A stretch of DNA of 64,000 nucleotides from an uncultured Gemmatimonadales bacterium (lineage in GTDB: Bacteria; Gemmatimonadota; Gemmatimonadetes; Gemmatimonadales; GWC2-71-9): contig CAVYSW010000003.1 of the NCBI GenBank assembly GCA_963771275.1, positions 1,664,001 through 1,728,000 on the forward strand, given 5' to 3'. Positions 47,293-56,182 of this stretch are shown here, piece after piece. Position numbers and translations under genes: made by a program. The notes under the pieces were generated by a model that made no database searches, had not been told where the DNA came from, and saw only the letters and a program-made list of their open reading frames with translations. The first letter of the stretch is position 1; every line of letters begins with the position of its first letter.

Positions 47293-48134
47293 GCGGCCGG
47301 CGCGGGTTCACCCTCGTCGAGCTCCTCACGGCAGTGGTGCTGTTCGGCATCGTGTCGATCGCGCTGTATCAGCTCCTGATCAACAGCCAGCGGGTCTACC
47401 GCGAGCAGACCGAGCGCCTCTCGGCCGACATGAGCGCGCGCGATGCGATCTCGGTGCTGCCCGGCGAGGTGCGGGAGCTGAGCGCGAGCGACGGGGACAT
47501 CGTGACCATGTCCGCGACGTCCTTGACCTACAAGTCGATGCAGGCGCTGTACGTCCAATGCGATTCCCCCAGTACCGCGAGGCTCGTGATCACGCTCGAT
47601 CGCACCGCGTTCTTCGGCCTGCGAGGGATCGACGCGTCGCAGGACTCGATCGTGATCTTCGCCGAGGGCGACTCCACGACCGCAACGGATGACACATGGC
47701 TCCACGCGGACGTGACCGCGGTCCTCCCCGGGACTGCATGCCCCGGTGGGCGGTCCAGCCTGAGCGTCGCGCTCGCCGGCGTGACGCCGAGCCAGCTGGC
47801 GCGCGTGGCGACGGGGGCGCCGGTGCGCACGTTTCGGGTGGCCCAGGTGCTGCTGTACCGGGATGGTGCCGGGGACTCGTGGCTCGGCGGTCGGGAGTTC
47901 CAGAAGACCGCAGGCACCTGGGCGACCACGCAGCCGATTACCGGCCCGCTGTCTCCGGCCGGCCTGGAGCTGACCTATTTCGACAGTACCGGTGCCCCGA
48001 CCGCCGTGCCCCGCTACGTGGTGCGGGTGGGCATCGCCGTCGTCAGCCGCTCGCCCGGGCGAGGACGCGGGTCGGCCTACCTGCTGCAGGATCTGATGAC
48101 CCAAGTGGCGGTGCGCAATAATGCGCTCTACTAG
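47289..48134 (+). CDS. Minor pilin, PilW-like
   Basis: RG|FTLVELL, GLELTYFD, C-terminal VAVRN. Confidence 0.8.
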   Translation: MSGRRGFTLVELLTAVVLFGIVSIALYQLLINSQRVYREQTERLSADMSARDAISVLPGEVRELSASDGDIVTMSATSLTYKSMQALYVQCDSPSTARLVITLDRTAFFGLRGIDASQDSIVIFAEGDSTTATDDTWLHADVTAVLPGTACPGGRSSLSVALAGVTPSQLARVATGAPVRTFRVAQVLLYRDGAGDSWLGGREFQKTAGTWATTQPITGPLSPAGLELTYFDSTGAPTAVPRYVVRVGIAVVSRSPGRGRGSAYLLQDLMTQVAVRNNALY

Positions 48135-49293
48135 CCCCGCCCGGGCGCTCGCCGCGAGACCGGCCCGCCCCCCAGTCGGCTGCAGCCGATGCGGCAATCG
48201 GGGGTTCGCGCTTCCCATGGCCATCTTCGCGCTGGTGATCGTCGGGGTGCTCGTGGCGGCGGCGTTCTTCGTGGGACGTCAGGAGCAGCTGGTTGGACGC
48301 AATACCATGCGCCTCCAGCAGGCGTTCGCGGCCGCGGAGGCCGGTGCGCAGTACCAGGCGGCGGTATGGGACCCCCAGGGGCTGAACCGGCTCGCGGTGG
48401 GAGACTCGATGCCGTTCGAGGGGACCCTCGCGGGGAGCGGCTGGTACCGCGGCGCCGTGCGCCGGCTCAGCACGCTGCTGTTTCTGCTGCGATCGGAGGG
48501 CTTCAGTCCGGATTCGACTGCGCGCCAGCAGGTTGGCCTCCTCATCCGCCTCCGGCCGATCGAGGTTCGCGTGCGTGCGGCCGTGGAGGCGGCGGGGCCG
48601 ACCGATATCAGTGACGCTGCCGCGATCGATGGCGCCGACAACCTCCCGTTCGGCTGGACCGGGTGCCCGCCCCCGGGGCCGCCGCTCCCCGGACTCCGCG
48701 TGTCCGACGCAGGGCTCGTCGCCAGCTCGGGCGGGTGTGGCGGACTGTCGTGCGTGTCCGGCAGCCCGCAGCTGGTTGCCGACCCGACGGTGACTCCCGC
48801 CGCCCTCGCCCGGATCGGGGCGGTCGGCTTCGACTCGCTGCGCGGCGGGGCGTCGAAGATCGTCCCGGGCGGGACCAGGCGCATCGAGCCGTCGGTCACG
48901 GCGGGCAAGTGCGTCACGAGCGACCCCAACAACTGGGGCTCCCCGCTTCAGCCTTCGGGGCCGTGCGGCGGGTACTTCCCGGTGGTGTGGGTCGATGGCG
49001 ACCTCACCGTCACCGGCCAGCAGGGGCAGGGGGTGTTGTTGGTGAGCGGGGACCTCACCGTCCAGGCGAATTTCGAGTTCTACGGGCCCGTGATCGTGAA
49101 CGGCAGCGTCCGGACGGCGGGGACCGGAGGCCGGTTCACCGGCGGCCTGTTGGTGATCAACCGTGGCCTCGCGTCCAACGAGGTCAGCGGCAACACGTTG
49201 GTGCACTACTCCAGTTGTGCCCTCGAACGGGCCCGCGTGCGATCAGCCGGGGCCTCCCTCCTGAGGCAGCGCAGTTGGGTGAACCTGTACTAA
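48121..49293 (+). CDS. Minor pilin, PilX-like
   Basis: RG|FALPMAI lacking Glu5, QAFAAAEAG, C-terminal DGDLTV/GVLLVSGDL beta-rich repeats. Confidence 0.8.
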   Translation: MRSTSPARALAARPARPPVGCSRCGNRGFALPMAIFALVIVGVLVAAAFFVGRQEQLVGRNTMRLQQAFAAAEAGAQYQAAVWDPQGLNRLAVGDSMPFEGTLAGSGWYRGAVRRLSTLLFLLRSEGFSPDSTARQQVGLLIRLRPIEVRVRAAVEAAGPTDISDAAAIDGADNLPFGWTGCPPPGPPLPGLRVSDAGLVASSGGCGGLSCVSGSPQLVADPTVTPAALARIGAVGFDSLRGGASKIVPGGTRRIEPSVTAGKCVTSDPNNWGSPLQPSGPCGGYFPVVWVDGDLTVTGQQGQGVLLVSGDLTVQANFEFYGPVIVNGSVRTAGTGGRFTGGLLVINRGLASNEVSGNTLVHYSSCALERARVRSAGASLLRQRSWVNLY

Positions 49294-49352
49294 GTGACGT
49301 AAGTCACTGACACCCTGATACTTGCCCACGGACGTTTAAAGTAGCTTAGAGC

Positions 49353-49381
49353 TTGACAAAAACTGGGGTGGGCCATAACGT
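49353..49381 (+). promoter_or_regulatory. Sigma70-type promoter of pilMNOPQ
   Basis: TTGACA-N17-TAACGT. Confidence 0.65.
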
Positions 49382-49425
49382 AGGTTGCCGTTCACCCCAC
49401 TTATCTCCTTGAAGCCTAGGGACAT

Positions 49426-50472
49426 ATGGCGTTTCTCGGGCTTGGCAAGCAAAGCAGAACGGTCGGCCTCGACATCGGGAGCGGGCTGATCAAGCTGGCG
49501 GTGATCGACCACAGCAGCGGTCGGCCGGCGCTCGCGCAGGTCGCGATCACCCGGGTGCTCGCCGACGCGATCGTCGAGGGCGAGATCATGGACCCGAGCG
49601 TGGTCGCCGACGCGATCCGGGGCCTGTTCGTTTCGGCCGGCGTCAAGCGCAAGAAAGTCGCCGTGGCCGTCGGCGGGCGAGACGTCATCGTCAAGAAGAT
49701 CCAGGTCGATCGGATGAGCGAGGGCGACGCCTACGATGTCGTGCGCTGGGAGGCGCAGCAGTACGTCCCGTTCGACATCGAGGGTGTGGAGCTCGACTTC
49801 CAGGTGCTCGATCCGGACGGCGAAGGCCTCCAGATGGATGTGCTCCTGGTGGCCGCCAAGCGGGAGCTGGTGGAGACCAAGCTCGCCCTGCTGGGGGATG
49901 CCGGGCTCGAAGCCGCCGTCGTGGACGTCGACGCGTTCGCCCTGCACAACGCCTTCGAGCTCAACTACCCCGACGCGATGCGCGGGGTGGCGTCGCTGAT
50001 CAACGTCGGGCACGAGGTCACCAACGTGAGCGTGGTGCAGGACGGCGTGCCGCTGCTCAGCCGCGACCTCAACATCGGTACCCGGAAGTTCCGCGAGGAT
50101 CTCCAGCGCGAGCGGGGCGTCTCCTCGGAGGACGCGGACCGCCTGCTGCAGGGGTTCGAGCGCTCCCCCGATCTGGACCCGTTCGTCCAGAGCCGCGGTG
50201 ACGAGATCGCCGTGGGTGTGGAGCGCGCCGCGGCGTTTCTGCAGACGGCCTCCCGCAACTCGGCGCGGATCGAGCGGGTGTTCTGCTGTGGCGGGGGCGC
50301 CCGGATCCCCGGGCTGACGGCCGTGATCGGCGAACGGCTGCGGCTGCCGGTCGAGGTGGCCAACCCGCTGCAGGCGCTCGAGGTTCGTGACGGCGCGTTC
50401 GGTCCGCTCAACGTCGACGAGGTCGCGCCGCTGCTGATGCAGGTCATCGGCCTCGCGCTGCGGCGCGAATAG
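49426..50472 (+). CDS. pilM: Type IV pilus assembly protein PilM
   Basis: VGLDIGS actin-like motif, EAQQYVPF, GGGARIPGL, NPL, GLALR. Confidence 0.95.
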   Translation: MAFLGLGKQSRTVGLDIGSGLIKLAVIDHSSGRPALAQVAITRVLADAIVEGEIMDPSVVADAIRGLFVSAGVKRKKVAVAVGGRDVIVKKIQVDRMSEGDAYDVVRWEAQQYVPFDIEGVELDFQVLDPDGEGLQMDVLLVAAKRELVETKLALLGDAGLEAAVVDVDAFALHNAFELNYPDAMRGVASLINVGHEVTNVSVVQDGVPLLSRDLNIGTRKFREDLQRERGVSSEDADRLLQGFERSPDLDPFVQSRGDEIAVGVERAAAFLQTASRNSARIERVFCCGGGARIPGLTAVIGERLRLPVEVANPLQALEVRDGAFGPLNVDEVAPLLMQVIGLALRRE

Positions 50473-50489
50473 GACGGGGCAAGACTGCC

Positions 50490-51167
50490 ATGATTCGCAT
50501 CAACCTGCTGCCGGGACCACAGCGAAAGCGCAAGGGCGCTTCTGGCATCCGCTGGGCGAGTGCCAGCGAGCTGTTCGCCAAGGTCCGCAACCCGTTGGCG
50601 ATCGCGACGGTGGGCGCCTGGATCGCCGCCGTCCTGGTGGTCGCCGGCCTCTGGGGCCTGCAGGCACGGCAAATGGCCAGTCTGCGGAATGACCAGACGC
50701 GCGTCGAGGCCGAAGCGCGGCGGTTCCGGACCCTGATTCTGCAGAAGCGCCGGGCCGAACGCCTGCGGGATTCCCTCGTGGCCGAGCTCACCGCGATCCG
50801 GGAGATCGACTCGGATCGCTACGTCTGGCCGCACATTCTCGAGGAAGTGTCCAAGGCGCTGCCCGACTACACCTGGCTCGTCTCGATCGAGACCATCGCG
50901 TCGCAGCTCGAGGAGGGCGCGGACTCGACGGCCAAGCCACCCACGCGGTTCCAGATCGACGGCCGGACATCGGATCTGTCGGCCTATACGCGCTTCGTCA
51001 GCGCCCTGGCGAATTCTCCCTGGATCCAGAACGCGGAGTTCGGACCGGTGCAATCCGTGCTCGAGGAGGACCGGCCGGTGAACGCGTTTACCGTGACCGT
51101 CGCCTACAAGGTGGCCGACTCGGCGTACATCCGCACCGTGCCCGTACAACGCTCGGTGGTCAGGTAG
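50490..51167 (+). CDS. pilN: Type IV pilus assembly protein PilN
   Basis: MIRINLLP motif, TM, coiled coil, LPDYTWL. Confidence 0.92.
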   Translation: MIRINLLPGPQRKRKGASGIRWASASELFAKVRNPLAIATVGAWIAAVLVVAGLWGLQARQMASLRNDQTRVEAEARRFRTLILQKRRAERLRDSLVAELTAIREIDSDRYVWPHILEEVSKALPDYTWLVSIETIASQLEEGADSTAKPPTRFQIDGRTSDLSAYTRFVSALANSPWIQNAEFGPVQSVLEEDRPVNAFTVTVAYKVADSAYIRTVPVQRSVVR

Positions 51168-51176
51168 GAGGCGGCC

Positions 51177-51794
51177 ATGGCGATGACCGAGAAAGAACGC
51201 AAGCAGCTCATGTGGCTGCTGTTGATCGTCCCGGTCGGGGCGATCCTCCTGTTCTGGTTCCTCGTGCGGCAGCCGCAGACCCTGGAAGCCGCCGAGCGGC
51301 GCCACGTGATCGACTCCCTGCAGCTCTCAGTGGACTCGGCGCGACGCGACCTCGCATCGGGCACCGTCGAGGAGCTGCGCCAGCGGGTCGCGGGCTACGA
51401 GTCGGGCCTCGCCCTCATGCGGGAGCTGGTCCCCACCGACAACGAGGTCGCCGCCCTGATCAACGACATCTCCGACCGGGCCAAGCTGCGCAACGTCACG
51501 GTCACGGACCTCTCGCCCCTCGGGTACGAGAACGCCGGCGAGTACCGCGTGGCGCGGTACCGCTTCGCGGTGCTCGGCCATTACGACGAGATCGGCGCGT
51601 TCCTGTCGGACATCGCCTCGCTGCGGCGCATCATGGTGCCCCACTCGCTCTCGCTCCAAATCGCGACGAGCCAGTCGGCCAAGGTGGAGGGAGATACCAC
51701 CGGCGCGCTGCTCCAGGCCCAGTTCCAGCTCAAGGCGTTCGTGAAGCAACCGCCGGTAGGCGAGGGCGAAGGAGGTCCCGGTGGCGCACGCTAG
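51177..51794 (+). CDS. pilO: Type IV pilus assembly protein PilO
   Basis: TM, LVPTDNEV, GHYDEIGAFL...LRRIM; synteny. Confidence 0.9.
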   Translation: MAMTEKERKQLMWLLLIVPVGAILLFWFLVRQPQTLEAAERRHVIDSLQLSVDSARRDLASGTVEELRQRVAGYESGLALMRELVPTDNEVAALINDISDRAKLRNVTVTDLSPLGYENAGEYRVARYRFAVLGHYDEIGAFLSDIASLRRIMVPHSLSLQIATSQSAKVEGDTTGALLQAQFQLKAFVKQPPVGEGEGGPGGAR

Positions 51795-52281
51795 CCATTG
51801 GTCCGTGCTGCTGAGCGCAGGCCTCGCGCTGGCGGCATGCGGGGGCGGCGCCGAGCAGCCGGCGGCTGCCACGGAGCAGGCCGCCACACCGGCCGCCGGG
51901 CCGGCCGCCGTGCAGCAGGCGGCGCCGGACACGACGGCCCAGGCCGCGCCGTCCATGGACCTGTCGCGCGAGGTGTTCGCGTTCCGCGGCACCGGGCGCG
52001 ACCCGTTCCTCTCGCTGCTGAAGTCCGGCGATGTCCGGCCCCTCCCGCAGGATGTCCGCGTGACGGGCATCACCTTCGACCCGCGCTACCCCCAACGAAG
52101 CGTCGCGACGCTGCAGGACACGACGTACGGTCGGCGGTACACGATTCGGGTCGGGGACGTGATCGGTCGTATCCGGATCGTCGAGATCCGCGCCACGGAG
52201 GTGGTCGCGGTCGTTGAGGAGTTCGGCGTGGATCGACAGTTGGTCCTGCCGGTCCGTCGTCGCCAGGAGGATACCCCATGA
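51781..52281 (+). CDS. pilP: PilP-like lipoprotein
   Basis: Lipobox LAA|C, RDPF motif, IRVGDVIG; lies between pilO and pilQ. Confidence 0.75.
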   Translation: MAHASHWSVLLSAGLALAACGGGAEQPAAATEQAATPAAGPAAVQQAAPDTTAQAAPSMDLSREVFAFRGTGRDPFLSLLKSGDVRPLPQDVRVTGITFDPRYPQRSVATLQDTTYGRRYTIRVGDVIGRIRIVEIRATEVVAVVEEFGVDRQLVLPVRRRQEDTP

Positions 52282-54086
52282 AGCGGTCATTCGTTCTTGC
52301 TGCCGGGTTGCTGCTGGCGGCGTCCCGTGCCTTCGCCGGACCCGGTGAGGTCAAGGCCGTCAGCGTCCTCCCCGCTCCCGGACGTGCCGAGGTCGTGATC
52401 GACGTCGCCGGGAGCATCAGCTACCAGGACTTCGCCCTGGCAGGCCCCGCGCGACTGGTCGTGGATATCACCGGCGCGACCCTGACCGCCACCCGGGCGG
52501 CCTACGACGGGGTGAATCGGGGCGGGATCCTCGACGTGCGCTACTCGCAGTATCGCGACGACGTCGTGCGCGTCGTGATCGAGCTCGACGCGCTGCGCGA
52601 CTACACGATCGTGCAGGCGGAGGGCGCGGTCCGGATCTCCGTGGGGTCGGACCAGACGTTTGCGGCCTGGTCGTCGCTCGAGCCGCGCGCGCTGGCCGCC
52701 GCCGCCACGGGCGGCAGCGCCTCGCCCTACGCCGCCGAAGCCCCCGCGATGCTGCCGTCGACCACGCAGAGCCAGCAGCCGCGGATTACCGTCACGTACG
52801 ACTCCGCGTCGGTGGCGGACGTGATGGCCGGCCTCGCGGCGTTCAGCGGGCGGTCGATCGTCTTGGGCAAGTCGGTCCAGGGCACGGTCACGGCCGAGAT
52901 CAAGAACCAGCCGTGGGACGTGGCGTTCCAGGTGATCCTCGCCTCGCAGGGCCTGTCGGCGGTCGAAGAGGAGTCGGGCATCATCCGCGTGGACAACCCC
53001 GCGATCCTCGCCCAGCGCGACTCGCTCGAGCCGCTGACCACCAAGCTCGTCCGGGTCAACTACGTCCGCGCCGCCGCGCTGCTCCCGGCGATCGGGGCGG
53101 TGCTGTCCGGGCGCGGCAAGGTCGTGGCCGACACCTCCTCGAATACGTTGATCATCACCGACGTGGAGAGCCGGGTCGACCGCGACTCGGTGTTCGTGAC
53201 ACGCCTCGACATCCGGACGCCGCAGATCGCGATCCAGGCCAAGCTGATCTTCGTGGACCGAACGGACATCGAGAACCTCGGTGTGCGCTACGACCTGGGG
53301 ACCTCGAGCCAGTTCTTCAACAAGCTCGTCGCGCGGCCCGACCCCACGACGGCGGAAGGCGTGGACATCGACGGTGACGGCGTCCCGGACATCACGAAGT
53401 ACGATCTGTACGACAAGAACTCGACCATCGTCAACCTCGGCGGAAACGCGCTGTCCGGCGTCGCCAACGCCGATGCGGTCATCCCGAGCCCGGCGCTCAA
53501 CCTGATCTTCTCCACCGCGCTCGGCGGGTACAGCCTCACGACGTTCCTCGAGGCCCTGCAGCGCGTCGAGCTGGCGGACCTCCAGGCGGAGCCGGTGATC
53601 AGCACCGCCGACAACACCCAGGCTCATATCCTGGTCGGCGAGAAGACGCCGATCCGCATCATCGACGTCAGCGCACCGTCGGGCGGGACCAACAACGTGC
53701 CGCGAGCCACGACGCAGATCGTGGAGACCGGCATCATCCTGCGGGTCACCCCGCATGTCACCAGCAGCCGGCAGATCCTGATGCAGATCCACGCCGAGAA
53801 CTCGTCCATCCGAGTGGCGCCGGCGGACATCGGGTACACCTTCCAGACCCAGGAAGCCGAGAACCAGATTCTCGTGAACGACGGCGAGACCGCGGTGATC
53901 GGGGGCCTCACGGTGACCCAATTGACAGTGTCGAAGAGCGGCATCCCGTTCCTCGTCGACCTGCCGATCATCGGAGGCCTGTTCGGCTTCACGCTGCGGC
54001 AGGAGCAGCGCCGCGACCTGCTCATCCTCGTGACGCCGCACGTGATCGACGATGCGACCAGCATGACGGCGGCCGGCGGGCGCTGA
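52278..54086 (+). CDS. pilQ: Secretin PilQ with AMIN domain
   Basis: PARLVVDI AMIN, PWDVAF, GIILRVTP, DGETAVIGG, IPFLVDLPIIGGLF, LILVTPHVI. Confidence 0.93.
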   Translation: MKRSFVLAAGLLLAASRAFAGPGEVKAVSVLPAPGRAEVVIDVAGSISYQDFALAGPARLVVDITGATLTATRAAYDGVNRGGILDVRYSQYRDDVVRVVIELDALRDYTIVQAEGAVRISVGSDQTFAAWSSLEPRALAAAATGGSASPYAAEAPAMLPSTTQSQQPRITVTYDSASVADVMAGLAAFSGRSIVLGKSVQGTVTAEIKNQPWDVAFQVILASQGLSAVEEESGIIRVDNPAILAQRDSLEPLTTKLVRVNYVRAAALLPAIGAVLSGRGKVVADTSSNTLIITDVESRVDRDSVFVTRLDIRTPQIAIQAKLIFVDRTDIENLGVRYDLGTSSQFFNKLVARPDPTTAEGVDIDGDGVPDITKYDLYDKNSTIVNLGGNALSGVANADAVIPSPALNLIFSTALGGYSLTTFLEALQRVELADLQAEPVISTADNTQAHILVGEKTPIRIIDVSAPSGGTNNVPRATTQIVETGIILRVTPHVTSSRQILMQIHAENSSIRVAPADIGYTFQTQEAENQILVNDGETAVIGGLTVTQLTVSKSGIPFLVDLPIIGGLFGFTLRQEQRRDLLILVTPHVIDDATSMTAAGGR

Positions 54087-54114
54087 TCGTCCCGACCGGC
54101 GTCCCACGCGCGTG

Positions 54115-54145
54115 ACGAGCCCGGCTCCGGCCGGGCTCGTTTGTT
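54115..54145 (+). terminator. Intrinsic terminator after pilQ
   Basis: acgagcccggc-tccg-gccgggctcgt followed by ttgtt. Confidence 0.85.
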
Positions 54146-54197
54146 GATGGGGTGCGGGAAAGGGATGTCGGTTCCCAGGGACCGCGAGCTAGCTTTA

Positions 54198-54306
54198 CAA
54201 TGACCAATGTCCAATGTCCAATGTCCAATATCCAATGCTCCAATGATCCAATGTCCAATATCCAAGTGAGATCCGGGACACTTGGATATTGGTCATTGAA
54301 TATTGA
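54198..54306. repeat. Heptamer array (caatgtc)n with inverted partner arm
   Basis: About 9 caat(g/a)tc-type units, then caagtg, a 10-nt loop, then cacttggatattggtcattgaatattga. Confidence 0.9.
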
Positions 54307-54318
54307 TCCTTGAGTATT

Positions 54319-55524
54319 ATGCCGATCCGATGCACCACGGCGGGTGAATCGCACGGCAAGGCCCTCCTGGCGATCGTGGAAGGCATCCCGGCCGGCCTGC
54401 CGCTCACGGCGGAGCACGTCGACCGCGAGCTCAAGCGCCGCATGGCGGGGCATGGGCGGGGCGCCCGCATGAAGATCGAGGCGGACCGCGTGGATCTGCT
54501 CAGCGGCGTGCGCGCCGGCGAGACGCTCGGCTCCCCGATCGGCCTGGTGATCCCCAATCGCGATTGGGAGAACTGGGCGGACGTGATGGCGCCCGAGCCC
54601 GACCCGCCGGGCGCCGGCCCGCGTCGCCGCCAGGTGCTGCGACCACGGCCGGGGCATGCCGACCTGGTCGGGGTGCTGAAGTACCGCCGGTCCGACGCGC
54701 GGGACATCCTGGAACGGGCGAGTGCGCGGGAAACCGCCGCGCGCGTCGCATGCGGCGCGGTCTGCAAGGCACTGCTGGCGCAGCTCGGGATGGAGATTGG
54801 CAGTCACGTCGTCGTCCTGGGGAACGTCGAAGCGCGGCCGCCGGTCCCGCTGCCGGTGCCCCTCAACCCCGCCAGCGACGCGTCACCGGTCCGCTGCCTG
54901 GATGCCGAAGCCGCCGCGGCGATGGTGGCAGCGATCGATGCGGCGGCCGCGGCGCGCGACACGCTCGGCGGGATCGTGGAGGTGATTGCCCACGGCGCCC
55001 CCGTCGGCCTGGGCTCGCACGTGTCATGGGACCGCAAGCTCGACGGGCGGCTCGCCGGGGCCCTGATGGCCATCCCGGCGGTGAAGGGCGTGGAGATCGG
55101 CGCCGGCTTCGCCGCGGCGCGGCGCCATGGCTCCGAAACGCACGATCCGATCGTTCGCGGCGGGACGCGTGCCGCCGGGGGCTACGCCCGCGCCAGCAAC
55201 CGGGCCGGCGGGCTGGAGGGCGGGATGACGAGCGGCGAGCCGATCGTGCTGCGCGTCGCCATGAAGCCGATCTCGACCCTGATGCGCCCCCTGCAAACGG
55301 TCGACCTCGTGACCGGGGGCTCATCCAAGGCCCAGGCCGAGCGGTCGGACGTCACGGCGGTGCCGGCGCTGGGCGTGATTGCCGAGGCGGTGTGCGCGAT
55401 CGTGCTGGCGGACGCCTGCCTCGAGAAGTTCGGCGGAGACTCCCTGCCCGAGCTGCGCGACAACCTGGAGCGCTACCTCGACGTGCTCAACCGACGGTGG
55501 GCGGAAAGCGGGCCGGAGGCGTGA
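54319..55524 (+). CDS. aroC: Chorismate synthase
   Basis: TAGESHG, RPGHAD, ERASARETA, NRAGGLEGG, MKPIST, RSDV. Confidence 0.96.
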   Translation: MPIRCTTAGESHGKALLAIVEGIPAGLPLTAEHVDRELKRRMAGHGRGARMKIEADRVDLLSGVRAGETLGSPIGLVIPNRDWENWADVMAPEPDPPGAGPRRRQVLRPRPGHADLVGVLKYRRSDARDILERASARETAARVACGAVCKALLAQLGMEIGSHVVVLGNVEARPPVPLPVPLNPASDASPVRCLDAEAAAAMVAAIDAAAAARDTLGGIVEVIAHGAPVGLGSHVSWDRKLDGRLAGALMAIPAVKGVEIGAGFAAARRHGSETHDPIVRGGTRAAGGYARASNRAGGLEGGMTSGEPIVLRVAMKPISTLMRPLQTVDLVTGGSSKAQAERSDVTAVPALGVIAEAVCAIVLADACLEKFGGDSLPELRDNLERYLDVLNRRWAESGPEA

Positions 55525-56036
55525 GGAAGCACGTGGTGCTGATCGGCCTGCCGGGGTGCGGGAAGAGCGCCGTGGGGCGAAGCGTGGCGGCGGCGCTGAC
55601 CACAGACTGCGAGGATCTCGACGACGCCATCACCGTGGCAGCCGGACGGCCGATCCCGGCGATGTTCGCGCAGCTGGGTGAGCCGGCATTCCGCGACCTC
55701 GAGCGCGCCGCGATGCGCCGCGCACTGGCGCGGCCGCCCCACGTGATCGCGGCGGGCGGAGGGTGGGCCGCGCAGCCCGGCAACCTCGAGGCGGCCGGGC
55801 CGGACACCGTCATCATTCACCTGTCATGCGGGCCCGAGACCGCCGTGGCGCGGCTCGCCGACGGCCCGGCGCGCCCGCTCCTGGCCGGTGATCCCGTGGC
55901 CGCCATGCGCCGGCTCCACGCCGAGCGCGCGACGTTCTACGCGCGTGCGGACGCGACGATCGACACCGAAGGCCGTGGCGTCGAAGCCGTGGCGCGCGAG
56001 GTGACCCGGCTTGCGCGATCCTTGGGCAGGTGGTAA
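55521..56036 (+). CDS. aroK: Shikimate kinase
   Basis: LIGLPGCGKS, DLD, GEPAFRDLE, GGG, RPLL. Confidence 0.92.
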   Translation: MRKHVVLIGLPGCGKSAVGRSVAAALTTDCEDLDDAITVAAGRPIPAMFAQLGEPAFRDLERAAMRRALARPPHVIAAGGGWAAQPGNLEAAGPDTVIIHLSCGPETAVARLADGPARPLLAGDPVAAMRRLHAERATFYARADATIDTEGRGVEAVAREVTRLARSLGRW

Positions 56037-56114
56037 TAATGCCCGCCGACCTCCGGACCGGAGCTTTTCTGGGGCGTTCCTGCTAAGTCGTTTGTTCACA
56101 GAAGGTTGCCAGGT

Positions 56115-56152
56115 CGGCCTAGACGGGGATCCCGGTCCCGGCTAGGCCGTTT
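56115..56152 (+). terminator. Terminator-like hairpin between aroK and topA
   Basis: cggcctag...ctaggccg followed by ttt. Confidence 0.5.
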
Positions 56153-56182
56153 GGATGTTCGGATGGACCAGACGAGAGGATT

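Noticed and set aside
33878..54086. Type II secretion system interpretation
   Set aside because: PilT, PilMNOP and an AMIN-containing secretin identify a type IVa pilus
54198..54306. Repeat arrays as CRISPR
   Set aside because: 7-bp contiguous units with no spacers and no cas genes
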